This document shows, one piece after another, positions 25,224 through 39,078 of a stretch of DNA of 64,000 nucleotides (position 1 is the first letter of the stretch; each line of letters begins with the position of its first letter). The notes below the pieces were generated by a model that saw nothing but the letters and a program-made list of their open reading frames with translations, had not been told where the DNA came from and ran no database searches. Both the position numbers and the translations under genes were made by a program. Source of the DNA: Eledone cirrhosa (taxonomy: Eukaryota); the NCBI GenBank assembly GCA_964016885.1, contig OZ024740.1, forward strand, positions 411,866,001 to 411,930,000, read 5' to 3'.

Positions 25224-26420
25224 CTAGATATTTGTAAGAGAGGTGCTAGATATTTGGTTGTTTTTGAACATATTATTGTCCTTATAGAATCTAGATCGTT
25301 TTTCAAAGCGCCTTATACGAGCAGCTTTGGCCGACACTTTTTGCTTGATTGTTTCTATCAGCATGTCTATGTCACATGTTGATCTTATACTGTACTTTTT
25401 TTTCAATTTTCTAAGTTTAGTTTGTTTAACATGTTCACCTACTTTATAGTTTGTTAAAATTTCTATGTCAGATCGGAGAAGGTTTATTTGGCGATTGATG
25501 TTATCTTGCCAAGTAGATTTCTTGTGGGAATTCCTTTGTTTTTTCATCTTCACTCCACATAAGTGAGTGGTGACTTTAGCCGATGCATAATAGAGATGAT
25601 TTAAGTCAGTAATGTTTATTTTGTTTGTGATGATAATGTTTTTGAGAACTATGTTAGTCTTGTGTATTATCTTTTGGTTCTGTTTGGAGTTCTGGATCTT
25701 AGGGAGGGTGTCTCGTTCCCCCATGTCAGTTTCTTTCATTTTCATCCATTCGATCATAATTTCATCCTTCAAGTTGGCAAGTTCATTCTCATTCATTTCT
25801 TTATCATTTACGATCTCATTATTTTCATTTGGAGTTTCATCCTGAGCATGCACTCCCTCCACTTTTTCGCTCCTTTCTTTAATTTGTTCTGTTGCCAGTG
25901 ATTCCGCCCCAACCCTGGGATTCGAAGTGTTACAATTTACCTCGTTTTCACTGACACATGTTTCATTTTCCCTTCGCTGACTTTGTGCTAATAGCTTGAT
26001 CTGATCAATTTCTATATCAGTTAGTAACTTTTTGTTTACAATATTTCTTCGTATATTGGCTAGTTTGTTACTGTCAATATAGCCTCTGTTTTCGGGATGT
26101 TTCTTTTTCCAGTTGATATATGTTTGCTCTGTATTCGATGTATTTGATGGGTAGTACATGGCAGTATAGAAAGCCTCAAGGACTTCTTTATTATCTTCCC
26201 TTGACCATTTTTCTCTCTTTTTCTTTGGATTTCTTGGTGGTGAGCATGGAGGGCCAACAGTAGGAGTATTCCGGTTATGGGAGGTCTCCAGCTCCGAAGT
26301 GATGGGAAGGTTTGAACCATTAGCTGATTTTTCGACCCCAGTCTGGTTCCTCTCTGAGGGACGCGGCCCTTTTTTACCCGGGTGACGGCCGATCCGGTAT
26401 GAGATTTCATCATTAGACAT
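25224..26420 (-). CDS. Dong ORF N-terminal part (398 aa open, ends at the deletion junction)
   Basis: Near-identical to the copy 2 N-terminus; KWSREDNKEV and IKQKVSAKAARIRRF segments as expected upstream of an R4-type RT. Confidence 0.8.
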   Translation of the reverse strand: MSNDEISYRIGRHPGKKGPRPSERNQTGVEKSANGSNLPITSELETSHNRNTPTVGPPCSPPRNPKKKREKWSREDNKEVLEAFYTAMYYPSNTSNTEQTYINWKKKHPENRGYIDSNKLANIRRNIVNKKLLTDIEIDQIKLLAQSQRRENETCVSENEVNCNTSNPRVGAESLATEQIKERSEKVEGVHAQDETPNENNEIVNDKEMNENELANLKDEIMIEWMKMKETDMGERDTLPKIQNSKQNQKIIHKTNIVLKNIIITNKINITDLNHLYYASAKVTTHLCGVKMKKQRNSHKKSTWQDNINRQINLLRSDIEILTNYKVGEHVKQTKLRKLKKKYSIRSTCDIDMLIETIKQKVSAKAARIRRFEKRSRFYKDNNMFKNNQISSTSLTNI

Positions 26421-27552
26421 CTACTTTATTTTGTCGCGTTTTATCCTTATCCGCCAAGGGGTAATCTTTTCGTGTTACCACTTCTAGAACGAGTGTCAAC
26501 CAAGACTAGAGGGGTCGTTCTCCCCTAGAGACATGGCTATTCCCCGCCGGCCGCCATCCCGGTATTTCTTGGTCACGGGGTTTTATTTTTGTTGTTTTTT
26601 TTTAAATTGTTATTATCATGAGTGGTTCCTTAATGTGAGCATTGCGTGGCTTAAGAATGAAATTATTAATAATTGTCTCCACTCCAGGGACAAGGCCAGC
26701 AATCACCCAGTGCATTACAATAATATAATATACTTTTTGTTGTAGTTGGCTGTTATTGCTGCTGGCTATGTCGGTGGTAGTGCCGGGGCTTTTTATATTG
26801 TTGGTGAGGAAGGGGTGAGCCAGCAGTCCCATAATTGTTGATGTAGACGTTTGTCCATGGCAAGGTCACCAAGTCAATCTATTTATATCTTTTGCTAGCC
26901 TCTCTCTTGTCTAGTGCTACCACCACCTTCCCTTTTCTCTCTCAAGTTAACAGGGGAATATTGTCAGTAGCATTGAATGAGTGGTGGCGGCGATGATGGA
27001 TGTGGTGGAATGGTGGCAGCGGTGGTGTTGTGGTTACTGATATAGTATCTATGAGTTTGTGTTCGTATGTTTAATATATATTTTCATTATATTTTGTGTT
27101 GACATATTCCCGTAAAATTTGAATTAAACATTTTTTTAAATTTGAGACAATAATAATAGTAATTATTATTATGATGCCGGTGAAGTTGCCGTTATATTTA
27201 GTGTGATGGGATAGGTAGTGTATCAAGTTTCTGGTGTTGGTGAAATTGAAATTGCCGCTGTTCTATATAGTGTAGACAGAGGGTGTTTTGTTCCATTTAT
27301 AACCATTTTCTTTTTTTGAATACAAAATATATCATACAAAATTGAATATTTGAGCGTACAACAATATAATATGGATACAACAATATAATATGGATCCGAA
27401 ACTTTATGGGACCTCATTCGGTGCCTTTATGCAACGTTTGTGCTAAGAATTGTTCTTTCACAATTGATTTAAATATGTTAAAAATCAAAAAAAAAACTTA
27501 CGGGACCAATTTCGTGACGTTCTACCACCTCGTGCGTCTTCTTCCCTTATTC

Positions 27553-27685
<133 letters not shown>

Positions 27686-29192
27686 TGTTATTTGAGTCAC
27701 AGTCATTGATGTTAACTAACTGGAAAATTTGTTGAAATGAATATCATGTCGCTACCTGCAGCCTCATATATTCAGGACGTATCGGAGGGTTCTTGCTGTT
27801 CCCAGCATATATATATATATATATATATATATGCGAGAAAAACCACAAACCCTTCATCTCAATTCTAATTTTCAAAAACATAAGAACTGTGAAACAGGTA
27901 AAGGAAACAAATAAATATTCTTAAAATGACACCAGTTGCATTTTCGATTTCGTAAGGGAAACAGTAAGGCAATCATAATAGTATGATATTAGTAGTTAAA
28001 GTGTATTTTCTTTACCGACACTAGGCCTTCACCAGAAGATACAATGAAGAATAAAGAATCAAATTAGAAGATGGAAGTGATGAAGAAGTAACGGAAAATA
28101 TTTGAGAAAATCAGTTCAGTTTACAGTCAACCCTTTTGAGGTAAATAATATATAGAGAATGGGTGGAAAGGAACACCCTATTGAAAATTACTTATAACAT
28201 TTAGGCTACAAGATGGAGGCCCCTAATCATTTTAGACGCACACTCCACGAGAGGTTTTATGTCCAGTTTCCATGACGTTAACTGGATCGTTGATGTCCAG
28301 ATGAATGGCCAGCAACAAGCACTGACGTAACAACATGCAATCTTTCTCTGTTGTGTTGTATGAAGGAGAAGGAACACGTTATACACTGACCAACCTACCA
28401 CATGAGTTCCTGTTGAATTCAGTATAGGATATAGCTAGATTATTGCAAACATTGGTGGACTACTGTTGTTGCCTATGAAGAATGTTAAAGCAGTGCCGTA
28501 TTCCTACTCGTTTTCTTTTCGAAATCAGATGTGTGTGTTTTATGAAAATAGATTAATGCTTAATGAATTTATAAAAAAGGTTACAAATAGAAAGCTTCTT
28601 TCATGCCAGACTGTATATGTATGTATAGCAATCTATCTGTGTATCTCTCACTCTTTCTCTCTCTCTCTACACACACACACATGCGACTCACCCACACACA
28701 CACCCCAAAAAACATTTTTTTCCCACACGCCACCTACACCCACAACACGCTTAAACACCACACACACACGTGCGCTCCACCACATATTTACACATTCAGC
28801 CTCCGGATACCTCTCCCCCCACCCCTCTATCCACACACGCACACACACTCCGACCTACACCCCACCCCACACACACCTCTTCCTGAACATGCAACCCCAT
28901 TCTTCCCCCAACCCTTGCTTTCACATACACACACACACACACGCGTACACTTACACACACACACCACTTTCAGCCCTCCCCGCTCTGACACCCCATCTCC
29001 CTCTCCCCACTCCACCCGCCACCACCCCTACACGCCCCACACCCTTCCACCACCTGTTTTACCCCATTTTAATTTTAATTTGATCATGCTTTTATTTTTA
29101 ATTTCATTTGCACCGTTTCCTCCCACCCCCTTTTGCTATATGTCTCTCCACCACTCCCCTACACACCCTTTGAACTCTCTTCCCACACACTT

Positions 29193-29230
29193 TTCACCTG
29201 AAGAAGGGCTTATGCCCGAAACGTCGTTCC
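29193..29230 (+). ncRNA. Degenerate minimal hammerhead ribozyme motif in a CA/C-rich pLTR-like remnant (28670-29316)
   Basis: CTGAAGA-A-GGGC TTAT GCCC-GAAAC-GTC; stem I pairs only 2 bp. Confidence 0.5.
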
Positions 29231-29516
29231 CCACCACCACCCCACTCTAAAGAGCGTGAAATTAATAAACATTCGTTGTACTGCCTCTCTGTCTTGTTCC
29301 TGTTCAAATTTTCCATTATATATATATATATATATATATATACGCGTGGTAAACTTTGATGTGATTCTATTAAAGCACTCAACGTGGTTTTTCCACATAG
29401 GAATGATGAAGTATGTTTAGAATAATGAAATACAAAGTAGTTTTAGATGTTAAAGTCCTTTATTAATACAGCCTTATTAATATAGGGCTTTAACATCTGA
29501 AACTACTTTTTATTTC

Positions 29517-29650
<134 letters not shown>

Positions 29651-29657
29651 TAGATAT

Positions 29658-30455
29658 CTTTATTTGCCACAGAGGCGTACAAAAATGGAACATTACAATA
29701 CGTGACGGCGGGGGTTTTACATAAAAATAAGCTTAACATTAATAAATAACAATAAACTATATATAATAAAATAACATTTGAAATCCCAAATAGGGGGGGG
29801 GGGCGTTACTGCAGGGTTGTTTACACCCCGTGGATAGAACAACCCTCAACACCAGCAACACGTTTTGTGGGTGTTCCTGTCTTCCTCCTGTTCATCTTCC
29901 TCAAACTATAGGTTTATATACATTCACTCGGGCCATTTTCGCCACATTCACCCACCTTTCAGCGAATTTACTGGGGTGTAGCACCTCTCTCTCCACTCTC
30001 ACCTTCCTTCTGAAGTGATACTTAAAGAAGGGGATAAGTTGTTGTCCGGAGAGAAAGGTGTTTGCCCTCAGTCCTCTTAATCTCGTCCACCATATTACCT
30101 CTTTCGCCATAGCCACCAGACAGAGGAAAACCGCCTCTCCTTCGTTCTTAAATGAAGGCGGCGGGGTGATCCTCACGATGGACTCGACTGCCAACTGGAT
30201 GCGACCCACACGTGTCAGTAGCAGTTCGACATAATTCCACAGGTCGGCCACCCCTGGGCACTGAACAATTGCGTGCAGAACGGTTTCGATGTCCTGCTCG
30301 CATCTTGGACAGGTCCTTTTGGCAGTATCTCTGCCAGGGCGTCCGTGCCTGTAGATTTTGTCTCGAACTGGTAGAGCTCCTCGGTAGCACTGCCAGCCCA
30401 GAGACCACTGGAAGTTGTCCATAGGCCCTAGACGGAAAGTCCTCCCGAATAGGAT
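29658..30455 (-). mobile_element. Tx1-clade retrotransposon, family C, 3' fragment
   Basis: ORF 29901-30422 (MDNFQWSLGWQCYRGALPVRDK, CPRC..H..C) is homologous to the family A/B C-terminus; 3' UTR ends TGTGGCAAATAAAG; AGATAGATAT on both sides. Confidence 0.9.
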
Positions 30456-30704
30456 AAATAGATAGATATATTTATCCAGGGATCAATCGGGGGTTACTAC
30501 AGTAATGAAACAGTTCTAGTCCCGTAGAAGCCATTTCTATATTATATATATATATATATATATATTTAAAAGTTAGACAAGGTTCAATGAATAAATCAAA
30601 GAATGAGTTTTACAATAGATTGGAAGCACTCAACTGTATGGTTTTCCAGAGTTATTAATATTAATTCAAAATATTAAAAAACATATATTCTTGTGATCAA
30701 GTAT

Positions 30705-30770
30705 ATTTTATTATACATATTTCAGAGGTACTTTAGTTAACTTCAACAGTACGTCCTCATCAGATAAAAT
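30705..30770 (-). ncRNA. Type I hammerhead ribozyme motif
   Basis: Minus strand ATTTTAT-CTGATGA-GGACGTAC..GTACCTCT-GAAA-TATGTAT-A-ATAAAAT; 7-bp stem I, AUA cleavage triplet. Confidence 0.75.
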
Positions 30771-30823
30771 AAAAATGATGCATGACATACCCTGACATAG
30801 GAGATGGTTAAGAATCCTCATGG

Positions 30824-30856
<33 letters not shown>

Positions 30857-31000
30857 CAAGAAATGGTAATATGAACGGACCTGTTATTTATCTCTAATTT
30901 TTATTTTAAATTCCCATCTTGCCCGTCTCCTCAATCTTTCTATTTCTTCTTTAATTTCTCATTCTGTTTTCCGATGAAGGCCTAGCGTCCGTTTGTCTTT

Positions 31001-31063
<63 letters not shown>

Positions 31064-31119
31064 TTATTGTTTTATTTTTGGTAGGGTCATGTTGCCAATA
31101 AGAAACACACGCACCCTGT

Positions 31120-32150
31120 TGCTTTCACTCCAATTTATTATAAGTTAAATTATAAATTTAAAAAAATTATACATTTCCGGTTGGTTGGTTGGTTCCAACC
31201 GGGCGGTTGTTCAAATATTGTCAAAGTTCTTTCGTCACACATTTTGTGACCTCATCAGTGGCCGGGGATTATGTTCTTTGTTTTGTGCCATCTTGTTTTT
31301 GTGTGTGTTGTGTGCTTAGTTTGCGCATGTGTTACATCTGAGTGTCGTGTGTGTTTTAATTTGTTTATTTATTTGTTTATTTACATGTTACAAGTTTGTT
31401 GTTTGTTCTATGTGTGTGTGTTTTCATTTGTCCTTCATTGTAAGTTGTGATGTTGCTATTACATTCATGTTTTCTATTTAATTTTAGTTGGAGTTCATTT
31501 ATGTTTATTGCCTCTGAAATTTGTCTAAACATTGCGTCTTTTCTGTGTGTAGATTTTATTTTTATTTCTGTGTTCTCTAATTTACCCTTATGTTCTATTT
31601 TAGCATGTTAGTGGTGTACTGATGAGTCTTTTCTATCTTGATGATCTCGCCAGTGTTCATTTAATCGTTCTCCTATACTACGGGCTGTCTCACCTATGTA
31701 CATTATATTCTTATCTTTACATTGTCCTTCAGTACATCTTATGCCATATACTATGTTTCTAGTCTTGCAGTTAATATGGGGGCTTAGTTTACAGATTATG
31801 AATTTATTATCTATACAGGTAGGTCTTTCAAAAGGGTATGTATTACTAATAAGTGTTTTTATGGAGGTACCTGGCCTTTCGACTATTTTAATATTAAGTT
31901 TATGTTTATCTAAGCCCTTCTAAATTTGTAAGCTAGTTCACCTCTACGTGTTGTATTGATGAACATTACATTCTGGTATTTATTGCTATCATACCATGAG
32001 TTTATTCTATTAAACTTATTCCTAGCTCTTTCTATTCTATTCCAAAATTTCCCATTGTTTTCCCATTTGGTTCTGGCTCCTCTATATACTCTGATTTTAT
32101 CTCTCTGATTGTAACCAGAGAACTGCATACGGTGGATGAAGTGTTGTATA
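31120..32150 (-). mobile_element. Penelope-like element 3' remnant (linker, GIY-YIG, 3' UTR with decayed hammerhead)
   Basis: Hand translation INCKTRNIVYGIRC..MYIGETARSIGERLNEH..RQISEAINI..LNRKHE; hammerhead-like CTGATGAG-GTCAC..GTGAC-GAAAG at 31220-31262. Confidence 0.8.
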
Positions 32151-32255
32151 TGTCTCCCTAGTTCTTAGGGGTTGCACATGCGGGATGCGTTCCTAGATGA
32201 CACGTACCAAATACGCAATCAGTATATTGATTTTGGTGTGCTCCGAAACAGGTGA

Positions 32256-32729
<474 letters not shown>

Positions 32730-32888
32730 GTATATACATATATATATATACACGGGTGTGTATAGAAGATTATATTAATAAAAGGAATTCCAAATTTGTC
32801 TGATTTCTCGTTTTATTTACAATCCTTTAAAATTATAATGATATTACAATGAAATAGTATGGTAGAATATTAAATGTTAAGTGTTAAT

Positions 32889-32927
32889 TGAACAAGTACT
32901 TTCATGCTTTCGCAATCTTCAGGTTCA
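32889..32927 (-). ncRNA. Minimal type I hammerhead ribozyme motif within repeat 32750-32965
   Basis: TGAAC-CTGAAGA-TTGC GAAA GCAT-GAAA-GTACT-T-GTTCA; palindromic stem III AAGTACTT; same family as 45295-45512. Confidence 0.75.
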
Positions 32928-32995
32928 TATTCAGTGGTGACAGCTAAGTATGCAATTTTCAACACAGTTGAAACTTACTGGATCTACCAACTCTT

Positions 32996-33183
32996 GTAGA
33001 TTGGCAGTATCGGTAGAGGATCGGACGCCATGCTTTGACGCATAGAGTTACGGCCTTTTGTCATTCTGAGTTCAAATCCCGCCGAGGTTAACTTTGCCTT
33101 TCATCCTTACGGGGTCGATAAAATAAAGTACTAGTAATACACTGGGATAATTGCTGGCCTTGTGCCAAAATAGAAACAATTAT
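32996..33183 (+). mobile_element. tRNA-derived SINE (second subfamily)
   Basis: Matches 1424-1613 with variant head GCTTTGACGCATAGAGTTACGGCC. Confidence 0.9.
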
Positions 33184-33260
33184 ATTATAACATTAATTCT
33201 AAAAATTTATTAACACAAGTGAAGTCATTCTTTTCCATTTTTTCAAATATATATATATAA

Positions 33261-33305
<45 letters not shown>

Positions 33306-33309
33306 TATC

Positions 33310-34174
<865 letters not shown>

Positions 34175-35281
34175 TTATTTATATATATATGTGTGTGTGT
34201 GTGTGTATTTGTGTGTGTCTGTGTGTGTGTATTCTCTCCTACCTTTTCAATTGTATTAATGGAATGTTTAACAAAGGTTTTCCAAACTCATTACTGGTTC
34301 TAATTGTTTCTTCTGAATTGTCAAATTAAGGAGAGACGCTTTAGTCAATTTTATAGGCTTTTTCATCTTAATATACTTGAAATTCAATGATTGTAAGAGG
34401 AACTAATCTTACACATCTATTTTAATAAATAGGAACTAGCATTAACGATCATTGGTTTTAAGCTGTTAAATTCTAGATTAGGGTTTGTAGCTCCGGTTAG
34501 TTCAATTACCTAAACATTTTCTTTAAGCTTATTAATTTATACATTACACACTATCTAGCTTTATTTAATATATTTAATAAAAAAAACACACTCTTCAAAC
34601 CTGATACCATATATATAAATTCACATCATATTATTTATGTTCTCATATCTGAAATAACGTACCGTAATGGATTCCAGTTATTTCTTTTACCATGCTATTA
34701 ACGGTAATGATTTTAGTGATATCATTAGAATGAGCTTTTCTTATTTCTCTATGATCCATGATTTTAGAAATATGTATAAATTTCTAGGTATCGTTTAAAT
34801 CTACATTTACAATCATGTTATTTACTTCATCTTTCCATTATAAGAATTGATTTTTTTGTATATTGACAATTATTAAGGAAATATCGTCAACTTGCTTGGC
34901 GAGTAATATAATCACTAACACATAATATATCTCAATCGATGGTTGTGAGCCAGTGGATTTTAAAAGTACCTTCACGTATTGTTTTATAAAGTGCATTGGG
35001 ATTCACTATTGTTATCATTCGGCTCTTCAGTATAATTCGGATAAGGATTATGCATTTAAACATTCTCTACCACATGCACAACTCGATAAATTGAATGCAA
35101 ATAATTGGTCACGTTCGACCTGTAGTATCTATGTCTGCTTCCACAGATTTCTATAGGCAGATCTTGACAAGCATATTCGACCTCATAAATTGCATAGAAA
35201 CTGAAGTACAGGGTTAGCCATATGTTTCATTTATTTGCTGTACACTGAATTCTGGCCCAATTCGAAGCAGATTCATGAAAT

Positions 35282-35368
<87 letters not shown>

Positions 35369-35642
35369 TTCAAGAGTAACCAATCTTAAAGAGAGAGATG
35401 GAGATAGGAGAGGAGATATGAGAGGAGAGATTGGTGAATTAGTTAGAAGCCAAAGCGTAAAGGCATGTGCTCAATGTGCAATATGCAGTAGAAAGCAGCT
35501 AGGTGGCTGGCTTGATGCAGAAGTTAGGTGCGCAGAGCTGGAAATATTCAATAGTTAAGCAAAACAAGACCACAAATTTCACAAGGGAGACATTATTAAA
35601 AGATTGTTAACATAATTTAGTTTGATGTAAGGAATGTAGAGA

Positions 35643-35790
35643 ATAATAATAATAATATTAATAATAATATTAATAATAATATTAATAATAATAATTGTTT
35701 TTACTTTATGCACAAGGCCAGCAATTACCAAGGGTATTACTGGTACTTTATTTTATCGACCCCGTAAGGATGAAAGTCAAAGTCAACCTT
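35643..35790 (-). mobile_element. 5'-truncated SINE with degenerate (ATT)n tail
   Basis: Reverse complement of the SINE 3' half. Confidence 0.85.
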
Positions 35791-36329
35791 AATAATGTCC
35801 GTTTACAATTGTTTCGCTACTCCATATAATATTTCTGGATCAGATGACTATATATCATAATTGATCTGGTTCAGTTGAACATAATTAACATATTTAAAAA
35901 ACAGAGCAGCTCAGCGGAACTTCAAAGGAATATGAATTAAAATAAGGAGAGAATGTTACATAATATAATGTTCCATATATTGGTATTTCACTATGGTGTC
36001 CTGGTTGTATCAGTTGGCAGCCATAATCAAGCAGTATTCATCTGTCGAGGCTGCATTGTGTGAGATCTGCCAATGGGTAACAAGATGGTTGCCAAAGGAC
36101 ATATTTACCTTACTAATTAGAGGGTGGTTTAAGGGGAAATAACTCCTCGAGAGATTAGAAATTGTGGGTAGTTTATAGTTAAGTGCTAATTTTAAAATGT
36201 TTTAATTAACAGACAATGTAGGGCAGGTAACTTATAATTATCTAAGTTAGTCATAGCTATTTAACTTATTAGCTACAAGTGAAAATGGGGCTAGATGATT
36301 AAGTTGGGTCAAATATTCTATTGGCGAAG

Positions 36330-37260
36330 GAATTAGCCCTTCGATGTTGACAGCTAATAGTTACCTCCGTTCTATCGTTAATCGGTAGAGGTCGTGATAG
36401 AGTTATGTAATATGCTTCTGTAATACAGAGATCACAAGATTTTCTTCGTCCATAGAACGGTTGGGCCCTAGCCGCGATATCCCATTTTAGTGAGTGTTGA
36501 ACGTTGCTTAATTTAAGGTTTTTAATGAGCCTAGCTAGAGATGTCGAACATCTGTTGCTAGGGTCTCGGAAGGAAAAAGAGTGCGCGTTATAGCGTACCT
36601 TAAAAGGGTTAGAAGTAGACCCGATATAAGAGCTGGTATTCGAAGCAGTTTTAACCGTGCACCTATAGACTATGTTGAGTGTCAGGCAGTGTCAATTTAA
36701 TGGGCATGCATTAGGGTAACGGCAGTTGCAGTTGCTTCTGCGGTTAGTGAGAGTATGGTAGTTTAACCTAAGCGGTAGGTCAGTGCTAGAAGGATTAGAT
36801 GGGGGAGGTGTGCTACTAGAGTAATTATTGGTGTAGTGGCGTGGTGTATTTGATAGGGGTGGTGGTACGGGTGTGGGAGTTATACTGTCTTAGTTTATGA
36901 TGGTTACTGAATGCGATGTGGCTAGCTAGGTTAGGTGTTGTGGAGAATGAGATTTTAATGTTATTTTTATTAAAGAGTTTATAATATCTATGGTTGGGGG
37001 GGGATATTTAGATAGGATAGAGAAGAAGCGTTTAGAGATATTAGTGGCTAGATTAGAAGAGAATGGGGGGTTGAGCCAGGTGATATTTCTAGGTCTATTC
37101 CTTCTAGGGGTTCTAGTGGAGTTGGTAGGGGCTTTCCTAGGGTTATTATTACCTGGGGATTTGTTATTTGTCATCCCATTTCTCATTCCTATTCTAGGGT
37201 TGATTTTTAGTTTGCTACTTGGAGTGGGGAGCAGGCCGCTGCCACAATTAAATTTCCCTG
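36330..37260 (-). mobile_element. Penelope-like element remnant, Hydra-type C-terminus with GIY-YIG
   Basis: RNITWLNPPFSSNLATNI, CNCR..CPL, NIVYRCTV..YIGSTSNPFKVRYNAH, CDLCITE..CQH; several stops. Clade call is from remembered motif pattern. Confidence 0.75.
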
Positions 37261-37274
37261 TATAGGTGCTGTTA

Positions 37275-37458
37275 CTGCTAAAATTCCGGCGGACCCTGGA
37301 CTAAAAAAAAACGATACGCTGATATATAGAAAACACTCCCCGATGACTAATCTATGAGCCTGTAAAATTTCATGAAAATCGGTCGTAAGATGTAGGCCCC
37401 TATAGGTAATACATAGACACACAGACACACACACATACTTAATTTTATATATATACAG
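37275..37458 (-). mobile_element. Short non-autonomous Helitron-like element
   Basis: Minus strand begins A|TCTGTATATATATAAAAT with a (GT/GTCT) tract and ends in a GC-rich hairpin-like CCAGGGTCCGCCGG; 37300-37458 matches 42055-42219. Confidence 0.55.
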
Positions 37459-37603
37459 ATATATATACACATACACACATATAGATCCATATATATATAT
37501 ATGTGTGTGTGTGTGTTACGTTTTTGTGTGTGTCCGTATGTATCTGTTTACTTGAATGTGCATATTTGCTCATGAAGGAGAAAAAGCGTGCAAAGGACAC
37601 ATG

Positions 37604-37732
<129 letters not shown>

Positions 37733-38408
37733 TAAATATATTTAACTTCATATAAATGCCTATTTGTATTTATATTCATGTTTGTCATACTTGGAAGATT
37801 TATTATCGTCTAATCTTATATTGCGCCTGCGTGCGCTTGTATTTTTTAGTGTCTTTGTATGTTTGTACGCGTGGTTCCCTGTATGCAAGGTAGTCGGTTT
37901 GATCTATTTTACAAGTGTATTTCACTATATACCAGTATATGCATGCCTGTTTGTCTTTCATTTTGATTTACTGGGTATGACATATGGGAAAGAAATATAG
38001 AAACGTAATAACGTTAATACGATCACAGTAATGTGCAACAGAGCGATAGTGATTCTAAACTCCACAATAGGTCTCTTTTTATAAATATATGTACACTGCG
38101 GAGCCAGACCAGTCAGAGACGTTTACATGCATTGCTTGTGATTCGTCGAAGCTTAATGTCTTTTGTTAAGCTATGCAGTACTGCATTGCACTTCCTAAAT
38201 TAACTCTATACATGTGTAGTCTAGCAATATTTGAAGGATGATGGTTGGATGAATATTTATTACAAACACTTGCACGAGTGCATTTGGATTCTTAAGCATG
38301 TTTTAATTTTTAACTATTTGAATGCAAGCAGATGAAGAATACAATCAGTTAATTAACATATTTGTTGGATTTCTTATTATTGACTCGTCCCCAGTTTTCA
38401 TTCCCATT

Positions 38409-38458
38409 CTTCTTCTTCTTCTTCTTCTTCTTCTTCTTCTTCTTCTTCTTCTTCTTCT

Positions 38459-38498
<40 letters not shown>

Positions 38499-38515
38499 GC
38501 TTGCTTTCTTTCTTT
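38409..38515. repeat. (CTT)n/(CTTT)n compound microsatellite
   Basis: Read directly from the sequence. Confidence 0.93.
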
Positions 38516-38563
38516 CTCTCTTTTTTCTTTATTTATTTAGTAATACATTTTCCCTCCATCTAT

Positions 38564-38594
<31 letters not shown>

Positions 38595-38962
38595 GTTAAT
38601 TCAATTTACTAACCAAACAGATTGTAAAGGGATTACGTATTTCTCTAAACATAAGAGTATTTTATAAAGTAGATCATTCCTAATAAAAGACAATCATGAT
38701 GAGAATAACAATGTATCTTCCTTTCATACAACACATACTTGTTCTAAGCAATGCAATGATTCGGAACATTTTTATTGATCTTCATGTCTTATTGTTGAAC
38801 ATATTTATTGATCCCCATGTCGTAATTTGTTAATTGGTCATATAAAGATAAATTCAAATCAGAAGTGGGTTCGATTAGAACACAAACACTATATTTAAAT
38901 AACACGTCCAAACATGAAAGTCTGGCAAGTTAGCAATACAGCGTAATTCTCATTATTTTAGT

Positions 38963-39078
38963 TTTGGCAGTCGGGCGCCATGCCTTCCAGCATAGTTACG
39001 TCCCTTTACGATCTGAGTTCAAATCCCACCGAGATTAACATTACCTTTCATCCTTACAGGGGTCGATAACATAAAGTA
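38963..39078 (+). mobile_element. Partial SINE
   Basis: Head with deletion, B box GAGTTCAAATCC and central domain; tail missing. Confidence 0.85.
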
